Shown here piece by piece: positions 17,126-25,097 of a stretch of DNA of 32,744 nucleotides; positions within the stretch are counted from its first letter, which is position 1; each line of letters begins with the position of its first letter. A program made the position numbers and the translations under genes. The notes beneath the pieces were generated by a model. The model saw nothing but the letters and a program-made list of their open reading frames with translations. It made no database searches and was not told where the DNA came from. This stretch comes from Chrysochromulina tobinii (lineage: Eukaryota), in the NCBI GenBank assembly GCA_001275005.1, contig JWZX01002791.1, forward strand, positions 1-32,744, given 5' to 3'.

Positions 17126-19540
17126 TTAATCCTTCCCCCTCTCGACGACATCGACCGGGGCGGTCGACTTCCTGGGGGGGAGCAGCATCTTCGCAAAAAG
17201 GCCGCCCATCACGGGCCGCGCGATGAAGCTGAGCGCGTACGTCTGCTTGGCCGTCACGGTGTCGTACAGGTCCGTGAGTGGCTGGCGGCTCTCGGTCTCA
17301 TTGTAGTACCGGAAGAGAGGATCCATGAGCTTGTGGAAGCCCGTGTCGTCGGGCATCATCGCAGCGACCCAAGAGAGCCAATCGCTCTTGACGTAGGTGT
17401 GGCGCGGGTCCATGGGCACGCCATACTCCTTGAGGTTGCGTAGGCAGTAGTTGGTCTCAATCTTGGCGATCTTGTCAAAGTCAAACGGCCCGTCGAGTTC
17501 GAGCAGTCTCTGCCACAGCAGATTGTACTTGAAGCTCCAGCTGTCGGTGACGCCGGGCACCGGGTTGTAGCTCATCATGTAGTGCGGAGCGATTCGGTCA
17601 GAGTAGGCGTACTGCTCCCACGTGGTCGCGTAACGGTCGGCCGTCGCACTATACGACTTGCAGTCGACGCCCTCGACGCCCATGAGCGAGCACAGCTCCG
17701 CGTAGGCTCGGATGGCGATGATGCCCTTCTGCCCCAGGTTGGTGTTGTTCGCGAGCCGGCCGGTGAAATCGTCCGTGCACAGCTGGTCCGCGGGGAAGAG
17801 GGACGTACGCACAAGCTCGTCGGCCCATTTCTGGAGCATCGGCATGTAGGGCGTGAGCCACCTCATGGCCGATGAGGCACCCGAACGCTGCACGAGCGCC
17901 AGGAGCATGAAGAGCATGTTGCCGCTATTCTCGAGCGGCATGGGCTCTTGCGCGGCGGTCGAGTCGTTGGCGATTGGGTATGTGCCCAGCTGATGCGGCG
18001 AGTACGGGTTCCCGAAACGAATGAACGTCTCGTTGTTAGCGTACGCCAGCACAGGCACGAGCAGCTGTCGGAGCAGCTCGGGCTCCGTGTACAGGAGCAT
18101 AGGCGAGGCGGGGTAGATGACATCCATCGTGTTCATATCTCCGTTGGTCGATATCTCCTTGAGGAAGGTCCACGTCACGTCGCGATCGTCCACCCAAACA
18201 GGCTTGAGCGCCGCGAGCACCTGCCGGTAAGCGAGGGCGCAGAGCTGCGAGTACGCGACGCCACCGACGGCCTGCAGCTTAGCGAGGAGGGCTTCGTCGT
18301 GCTGCTCACTCTTGGCGAGGAGCGCGTCCACTTCGGTGGAAGCGGCGGCGATGGCCGCCGTGATATCGGGGTACGCCTGCGTCCACAGCCCCTTGTACTC
18401 CTTCTTGAAGTAGTAGACCGAGCGCACGTCGTCGTACGCGAGGAGCACGGTGTGTTGTGCTGACGCCGACGTTGTGCCGCGTGCGCCGACGACGCCAAGA
18501 TCGACGAAAATGGCGAGCGCGGGGAGGTCGTCGGCGCACGTGCGAGGCTGGCGCGTGTCCACCGTGCTGGGCAGCGTGCCAGTCTGGACGAAGTCCTGGC
18601 GTGCCCTTGCCGCCGAGCCAGCACGCAGCACGCTCGCTGGCGCCGTCGACTCACCAGCAGCCAGATACAAGTAACCCCAATCAATATTGACGCGATCGCC
18701 TTTTGAGCCGAGGACTTCCTGGGCGTGCGAGCCCATCCGGATGGCGTGCACCCTTGGATCGTAGATATCCGCCCACTCGACCTGCTGCCCCTCACAATCG
18801 TTGACCGTGTGAGCGGCGGAGAAGTCTGTGTACAGCTTGATGCTGTGCCCTTGGCCATCGAGCGACCGAACCTCGTGGTGGACGTAGTATACGGGGCGGC
18901 TGAGGCGCAAGTGATCGTCGGTGAAGGCCGACTGCAGCAGCGTGAGCGTGAGCGCCACCACGCCCGGGACCTCGAGCTCGAAGACCGTCCGGGTCGGGTA
19001 CACGACGACCGAGCGCTGCATCATCGACGGCACCGAGACGTCGCACGGCGGGCGCGAGGCGGGGTAGATGACGCTCGAGTTGCTGCGAGCGTCCTTGGTC
19101 CGCGGCTCGGTGCAATCTTTGAGCCAGCATGTGTCATGGTCGAGCACGAACCCCTTGCAAGCCGGGTTGTTGTAGCAGCGCTCGTTGCAGTCGTCCACTC
19201 CCTGGTTGCCCGTGTCGCCGATGTCGCACTGGCTTGGATTGATGTTCTCGCCGGGGTACGCCGTGGCCGGCCCCGGTGTAGTCACCCGAGGGCTGTGGCA
19301 GTCGCCCAGATAACGATACGTGACTCCGTCCACCATGATCATGCCGAGGCTGTCCTTCGCGACACCGTCCCAGTGCCGCACACCGGCAGCGGTCGAGTTG
19401 TCACCCCAGATCCAGCTTTGCATGAAGGGGTCGGCGGTGATCAGTGGAATCGCCGGAGGGCGGAATCGAAGGTTGGCGATCGCCGCGCTCGCCGGGCCAG
19501 GCGCGGCGGCGTGCGTAGCAGTAGCGAGCAGCGTGAGCAT
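17126..19540 (-). CDS. secreted glutaminase A (GtaA)/DUF4964-DUF5127-DUF4965-DUF1793 family protein with an inserted PAN/Apple-like domain
   Basis: Signal peptide; FRPPAIPLITADPF, LSRPVYY, GDRVNIDWGYLY, FLKEISTNGDMNTMDVIYP, HQLGTYP, MPLENSGNM, QLCTDDFTG, NTNLGQKGIIAI, SFKYNL, YVKSDW and ARPVMGG match this family as I know it. Confidence 0.88.
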   Translation of the reverse strand: MLTLLATATHAAAPGPASAAIANLRFRPPAIPLITADPFMQSWIWGDNSTAAGVRHWDGVAKDSLGMIMVDGVTYRYLGDCHSPRVTTPGPATAYPGENINPSQCDIGDTGNQGVDDCNERCYNNPACKGFVLDHDTCWLKDCTEPRTKDARSNSSVIYPASRPPCDVSVPSMMQRSVVVYPTRTVFELEVPGVVALTLTLLQSAFTDDHLRLSRPVYYVHHEVRSLDGQGHSIKLYTDFSAAHTVNDCEGQQVEWADIYDPRVHAIRMGSHAQEVLGSKGDRVNIDWGYLYLAAGESTAPASVLRAGSAARARQDFVQTGTLPSTVDTRQPRTCADDLPALAIFVDLGVVGARGTTSASAQHTVLLAYDDVRSVYYFKKEYKGLWTQAYPDITAAIAAASTEVDALLAKSEQHDEALLAKLQAVGGVAYSQLCALAYRQVLAALKPVWVDDRDVTWTFLKEISTNGDMNTMDVIYPASPMLLYTEPELLRQLLVPVLAYANNETFIRFGNPYSPHQLGTYPIANDSTAAQEPMPLENSGNMLFMLLALVQRSGASSAMRWLTPYMPMLQKWADELVRTSLFPADQLCTDDFTGRLANNTNLGQKGIIAIRAYAELCSLMGVEGVDCKSYSATADRYATTWEQYAYSDRIAPHYMMSYNPVPGVTDSWSFKYNLLWQRLLELDGPFDFDKIAKIETNYCLRNLKEYGVPMDPRHTYVKSDWLSWVAAMMPDDTGFHKLMDPLFRYYNETESRQPLTDLYDTVTAKQTYALSFIARPVMGGLFAKMLLPPRKSTAPVDVVERGKD

Positions 19541-19751
19541 TGATTAATGGAGCCACACATCGCTCGCGCGCGGAAGGGCCGAAGTCCCGCCCCCGGCCCC
19601 GTCGTGTCCACCCAAACTTCGGCGAAACCGTTCCACGCTTACCCCATGGGCGCGTGACTGCGACTAGACATAACGCAATGATCAGCAAATTGAGACTTTT
19701 CGCAGAAGACACGCCGCCGGAAGCGCTCGCAATATGCGCTCCGTCGAATCG

Positions 19752-20999
19752 ATGCTGCTAACCTTTCTCCTGACCTCCGCAGTATCTGCAGTACGTCTCG
19801 CCCCTCCTTCATCACGTCTCTCAGTGCTCCCGCGACGAGAACGAGCCTCGATCGTCGCGTTGGCAGCCGACGCCTCGCTCGCCGAAGCCGTTGACTCTGC
19901 TTGTGCAAGGGCGGCGCCTCCGCGCGTGGGCCTCGATGACAACGGCGAGACCGAGCTGCGGATTCAGAACGAGTTGCTCTCAGCCTACGCGGCGCTCGCC
20001 TCTCAGGGCCGGCTGCGTGCCTTTGGCAGCTGCGCGGGCGCGCTGCCGGCGCCGGAGCCGCGCGAGCTGCCTCCGGAAGCGCAGTTCCAGCTGACTGGGC
20101 TGCCAACCAAGGCGTTTGCGCCGCCGCCGGTGAACAACGTGGCCGATTTGGCGGTGGGGCTGACGGGCGCCGGCCTCCTTGCAGCCGCAGCCCTCGTACT
20201 GCAAGTCGACTACCGGCTCTTCGCGGGCGGCATCGGCGCAGCCCTCGCGGCTGACCGTATACTCTTCAAGGGATTACTGGCGGAGGGGTTGACGCGTGCG
20301 GTGCGCCCGGGATACGCGTCAACGGTGGTGAAGCACGAGGCCGGCCACCTGCTCGTGGCCGTGCTGCTCGGCTGCCCGATCCAGAATGTCGTCCTCGACC
20401 CGATCGCCGCCCTACGCGACGGTCGCTTCGGCGGGGTTGCTGGCACGGTGTTCTTCGACCCAGCGCTGGGCGAAGGGATGCGTAACGGGCGACTCTCACG
20501 CGAGTCGATCGACCGGTTCTCCGTCATCGTGATGGCCGGGCTCGCCGCTGAGGCGATGCTCAACGGCAAGGCACTCGGCGGCCAGTCTGACGAGCAATCT
20601 CTCGTTGCGTTGCTCGCGTCACTCGACGGCGGGCGCACGTGGAATCTCGGACGCATCCAGAACCAGGCGCGCTGGGGCGCGAGCCAGGCGCTGCTGCTGC
20701 TGCGCGAGCATCGGCCCGTGTACGACGCGCTCGTCACGGCGCTCGAATCCGGCTGCACTGTCGGTGAGGCCATCGCCACTATCGAGGCGGCGGTCGTGCC
20801 CACTTTTGGCCGCAACGGCGAGCTTCCCGGCGAGACGCGCCGTCGCAAGCTAAGGTCCGCGGCCGCGGAGCTGAGCGATCTGGTGGCACCGGCACGCGTC
20901 GTGCCGCAGAATGGCGATGCTGCTGCCGCTGCCGTCTCGCAGATCGCCGAGCGGTTGCGCGCCATCGACAGGCGGCTCGCCGAGCTCGACCCTGAATGA
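19752..20999 (+). CDS. VIR3-like plastid FtsH-type (peptidase M41-like) zinc metalloprotease lacking the AAA domain
   Basis: HEAGH zinc motif in KHEAGHLLVAVLLGCPI; AGTVFFD, IDRFSVIVMAGLAAEA, GGQSDE and NQARW track plant VIRESCENT3. Two TM helices precede the motif, and the N-terminus looks like a signal plus transit peptide. Start is 19752 or 19734. Confidence 0.85.
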   Translation: MLLTFLLTSAVSAVRLAPPSSRLSVLPRRERASIVALAADASLAEAVDSACARAAPPRVGLDDNGETELRIQNELLSAYAALASQGRLRAFGSCAGALPAPEPRELPPEAQFQLTGLPTKAFAPPPVNNVADLAVGLTGAGLLAAAALVLQVDYRLFAGGIGAALAADRILFKGLLAEGLTRAVRPGYASTVVKHEAGHLLVAVLLGCPIQNVVLDPIAALRDGRFGGVAGTVFFDPALGEGMRNGRLSRESIDRFSVIVMAGLAAEAMLNGKALGGQSDEQSLVALLASLDGGRTWNLGRIQNQARWGASQALLLLREHRPVYDALVTALESGCTVGEAIATIEAAVVPTFGRNGELPGETRRRKLRSAAAELSDLVAPARVVPQNGDAAAAAVSQIAERLRAIDRRLAELDPE

Positions 21000-21116
21000 A
21001 TTGGCATTTAAAAAGATCATGACAAACTCTGCAGATCGCGTGTCACACAGCTCTGCAACCAAGTGTTACACTCTCACATGAGTACATATACGATCAGCAA
21101 CGACGCCCCTATCCAT

Positions 21117-21189
21117 GCCTCTCTTTCTCCGCGACGAACGGCTGCGGAAGTTACCACGCAGTTGTGGTGTGCGTCGCTTCATCCGAGGC
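21117..21189 (-). promoter_or_regulatory. candidate type II SECIS element
   Basis: Minus strand: GCCUC/GAGGC helix I, A-UGAA/GGAG core, helix II opening with GCGACG/CGUCGC, CACAA bulge and CUGCG/CGCAG ministem, ~45 nt after the stop of an ORF with an in-frame UGA. Confidence 0.6.
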
Positions 21190-21232
21190 CGAGGGTAGTG
21201 CGTGGTCCACCAATCACAACGAGGTGCGCCCA

Positions 21233-21451
21233 TCAGCCGACGACCTTGACGGGTGTGCCGATGGCGACGCGGCGCACCTCGGTGCCGTTGACCGCTTTGC
21301 CCACCACCGGCGTGTCCTGCTCGTGCTTGAGCTGCGAGCAGGACTCGCCGTGGCAAGCGAAGTTCAGCCGGTTCTCCTTATTGCTGCCGAACCGAGCCGC
21401 GACGGCGTTGTAGAGGAATTCGCAGGCTCCGATGAGCAATCAGAGAACCAT
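21233..21451 (-). CDS. candidate small selenoprotein, 72 aa (MVLULLIGACEFLYNAVAARFG...)
   Basis: ATG GTT CTC TGA TTG CTC at 21451-21434, followed by 68 codons with strong GC3 bias and no other ATG; SECIS-like hairpin in the 3' flank. Confidence 0.6.
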
Positions 21452-21685
21452 GGAGTCTGTGTTGCGGAGGGCCGAGATAGAAAGCCTTTTGTGAGCGAAA
21501 GTTTGTGCGAGCGCGTCCGAGAATCTTCACGCGTTCACGGCGGCCCAAGCGCTCGTAGCGGCGCGTAAAGTTACTGTGCAGGATCCGCCCCTGCCTGCGA
21601 AAGCGCGCTCGCAAGTGCACAGTTTAAGGTCGATTCAGCAACGTGGCACCCGATTCGTAGAACAATTTTGAATGCAGGCCCTCGT

Positions 21686-22363
21686 CTAGCGGAGACCATC
21701 TGTACATGTGATTACAGAGGACTTAGAGTCCAACCTCTCGGGCGCTGGTATCCCTTTCGACGTCGGGCGACCCGAGGGCGCTCGCATTCGCTGCTGTGGC
21801 GGCGGCGAGTGTGGCGAGGCCATGCAATTACCTGTCTCCACCGTGCCTCCCAGACGCCTGTAGAATTGCACGAGCTGCTCGGTCCGGCGCTCGGAGGCCT
21901 GATGCGCGGCCTTCACGGAGCCACTCAGCGCACCGAGCCCGTGTGCCTCGGCATAGGACGAGGCGCTCCGCATCAGTCGACTGCCTACGCCGCAGCCACG
22001 GTGCTCCGGCAGCACGCAAAGAGATGAGACGAAGAGCGTGTCGTGGTACTTCACGAGCATGGCCAGCCCAACCACGTGAGCGCCCTGGATCGCGAGGAGC
22101 CACTCGCAAGCGTCGACGTCGTGAAAGCCGCACAGAACGCTCAGCGCGTCCTCTTCCATGGCAGCTCGCGTATCCTCGTCCGCGAGGTCCTCAGGAAAGC
22201 TGCACTCAATCAAGCCCTTGATGGCGGGACTGAAGCGGCGAGCCACGGAGGAGCTAGCGACGACGATTCGGCAGCATTGTCGCTGGCGCCGCTGGCGCCG
22301 CAGGTAGTGGAGAGCGAGTAGAGCCGCTCCGACAACGAGGATCCGTGCGAACACCTGGCTCAT
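21686..22363 (-). CDS. GNAT-family N-acetyltransferase with N-terminal signal anchor
   Basis: Motif A LCVLPEHRGCGVGSRLM and motif B LVQFYRRLG; hydrophobic N-terminus followed by a basic stretch. Confidence 0.85.
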   Translation of the reverse strand: MSQVFARILVVGAALLALHYLRRQRRQRQCCRIVVASSSVARRFSPAIKGLIECSFPEDLADEDTRAAMEEDALSVLCGFHDVDACEWLLAIQGAHVVGLAMLVKYHDTLFVSSLCVLPEHRGCGVGSRLMRSASSYAEAHGLGALSGSVKAAHQASERRTEQLVQFYRRLGGTVETGNCMASPHSPPPQQRMRAPSGRPTSKGIPAPERLDSKSSVITCTDGLR

Positions 22364-22699
22364 CCATGCATTGCGACGCCTGCCTCGTGCTATTCTTCAT
22401 GTTTGCATGTTTCGTGTTTGGGGAAGGGGGGCGGGGTCTTTGTGAAAAGGTGTGGGATGGAAAGCAGGCGCTGACAGTCACTTGTGTGAATTGGCTGTTA
22501 GCACGGCAACAAAGTCGGTTCAAAGTCAACCCTTTCTATGCACGCTGATGCAGCACACTGTCACTGATCACTGTATGCTAGCAGCACGCTGTATGCACGC
22601 CATATGCACGCCGTGCACGCTGTATGAAACGGATCAAGCACGCTATCCCGCAATGCGGCATCTCACATACTCCGCATGTGAGGCGGCGAGCCCTTGGCG

Positions 22700-23357
22700 C
22701 CAAGCATGCCCGCCACAGGGTGTGTATCCTGACGGGCCACGCAGCGCCTGGTGCATCTCGGCACCAAGAGCAGCCGGATGTCCGCGCGCCAGGCGGCCTC
22801 CTCAGCCTCCGTCTCGGCCTTGGCAAAGCCCGGTGCCGAGGCTGATTTCCAGTCTCTTGCCGCTGCCAATCCATGGCATGGGCCACGGGGCTGGTGAACC
22901 CAATGAACTCGACGAAGCAGCGGGTTCTTGAGAGCGTGCCTCGACCTCTTCAGGCACGCTCTCCAAAACCCGCTGCTTCAAAAGACGACTGCGAGCGAGA
23001 GCGAGTGAGCGAGTGAGCGAGTGAGCGAGTGAGTGGCGAGAGAGGGAGCGTTCGAGCGCACCTAGGACCTCCTCCGACCCACTCGACTGGCTTGCGGATA
23101 AGGAGGCGAGCAGATGCGGCGTCAGCGGAGATGCCCACAACCGGCGCAGTGCCTCGCTGCTATGCAACACGTGGCGCCGGTCCACGCATACGAACGCCAT
23201 GTCCTTGCCTCCGAGGGCCACTAACTCGGAGGCAAACTGCAAGGAGATTGCTAGCGCTCTCGATAAGGGCAGCTAGATCTGTGAGCGAGCACCCTTCGAG
23301 GCAAAAGGCCGACGAACCTTCGTCGTCGTCGTCGCACAATTCCCCAAGTGTGCGCAT
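22700..23357 (-). pseudogene. fragmented gene-like region including a Skp1-like relic and an intron-like segment
   Basis: Short coding-like stretches in shifting frames; 23357-23240 resembles the Skp1-like segment of the 9737-13009 gene; GTGCGC...CGCAG intron-like segment at 23061-22989. Confidence 0.35.
22991..23040. repeat. (GAGTGAGC)n 8-bp microsatellite
   Basis: gcgagtgagcgagtgagcgagtgagcgagtgag tract. Confidence 0.8.
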
Positions 23358-23860
23358 GCACCATGTTCCATGCCAGGCTCCCAGGGCGTGAGCTTAGTGG
23401 GTAGCTTGCTGCCTTTGGGCAACGGCCGCCAGCCGGATGCAAGGCAGTCCTCATGGCTCCGGCCGGACACGTCGCCAACGACTCCATCGTGTCGTGCCCC
23501 AGCCAGTACTCGTGCTTGTCTGACTTGTTTACCATCTGGACTGCTGCTCCACCGGCTTTTACCTGCCGCCACGGCTTCTACCTGCCGTGAATGACGGCGG
23601 TGTGAATGCAGCCATGGTGGCTGTGTCCGCGGCCACCTCCGCCGCTGCGTCGGGACGCGGCATGATCACGCGGCGGCCGGCCAGACGACGGCATTGTTCG
23701 ATGTGATTTCGGACCAGTTTCGGATATCGGAATCGTCCAACTACTGACTGGCAGACTGACGAAACCGAGTCCTGCGCTCTCTTTTCCCGAGCGCTTCGAA
23801 AGGATTCTCTTCGGATTCTGTCGGAGAAGCCGTCCCACTCTTTTTGTCATCCCGTTCACG

Positions 23861-24490
23861 ATGCTCTCCATGATGCTCTCCATCGCGTCCGTCTCCGCTT
23901 GCCCGACGATTCACACTCTCGGGCAGCTGAACCTCACCGAGTGGACCGCCAAGTCGTGGTACATCCAGCAGCAGCAGGTCACAGAATACCTCCAGCGCAA
24001 CACCTTCTACTGCGTGACCGCGACATACAACCAAGAAGGTGCCACAGTGCCCGGCTTCAAGGGGCCCGTCGTCACCGTCTACAACTATGCCAACCTCAAC
24101 AAGGTCAACGGCCCGAACCAGAATGCCAGGAACATGACGTTGTGCGCACGCGCGGTGAACTCGAGCGACTACTCCCAGCTGGCCGTGGCGCCGTGCTTTC
24201 TGCCCAACGCTGCCGCCGGCCCGTACTGGGTGATTGCGCGCGCGCCCGACTACGCATGGGCCATCGTCAGCGGCGGTCAGCCTACCGAGCAGTTCGACGA
24301 CGGCTGCACGACGAAACAGACCGGCATCAACGACTCTGGCCTGTGGCTCTTCTCGCGCACGCCCGTGGCGCCGGATGAGCAGATCACGACCATGAAGTCC
24401 ATTCTGGAGGCGAAGGGCATCGCGCGATCACAGCTGCTCCCGGTGGCGCACGAGGGCTGTGTCTATGACGGTGCCGTCATCAAGAAGTAG
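23861..24490 (+). CDS. secreted lipocalin (ApoD/Blc-like)
   Basis: Signal peptide; LNLTEWTAKSWY (SCR1 variant), CVTATY, GPYWVI...DYAWAIVSGG (SCR2) and GLWLFSRTP (SCR3). Confidence 0.85.
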   Translation: MLSMMLSIASVSACPTIHTLGQLNLTEWTAKSWYIQQQQVTEYLQRNTFYCVTATYNQEGATVPGFKGPVVTVYNYANLNKVNGPNQNARNMTLCARAVNSSDYSQLAVAPCFLPNAAAGPYWVIARAPDYAWAIVSGGQPTEQFDDGCTTKQTGINDSGLWLFSRTPVAPDEQITTMKSILEAKGIARSQLLPVAHEGCVYDGAVIKK

Positions 24491-25097
24491 CCAGGGTTCA
24501 ATCTGCGGTTCGGTGTCTGGCATTCAGCAAAATTTGGGCACGCGCCTTGTTCGGGAACCGTCGGCCCCGTCGTAGCGAAATCAAGAAGTGTACATAAAGG
24601 ATAATGTGATGATGCGCTGAGCGGCCATGTTCAGCAAATGGATTACGTAGTAGTACGTGGAACACCGCGGCATGCAGGCCAATGCCGATCACCCGGGGCT
24701 CTGAGCGTGCCGGTGACTCACGATCGACAATTCGAAAATTGAAAATTTATAAAAAAGATTGAGATACGTCGGAACCGTTCTCGTTCAGCCTGTCGATCGT
24801 GTCTCCATCGGTCATCATTTCATGTGATCTGAAAATAAAACAAATACGCGCCCGCACGCGCGCGCCGAGGCGGCGGGGCCATCCGCCTCGTCCTCCGCTT
24901 GCGCCTCCGCTCGAGCGAAGGCGCACCCGATCGCCGATCGGACGGGATAAGGCTTAAGGCGATACGGGCGGACCGGAGCGGAGTCGCGCCGGAGAACGGC
25001 ACGGCAGCGACCGGTGACCCCCACCTTGGGTTGGGCACGCCTTGGGATCATCGCTCCACGGCGCGCTGCTCCGCACATGCCGTCCGTCACGCGCCGA

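Noticed and set aside
24770..24820. C/D box snoRNA (minus strand ATGATGA...CTGA)
   Set aside because: The boxes are only ~23 nt apart, with no convincing terminal stem or recognisable rRNA guide.
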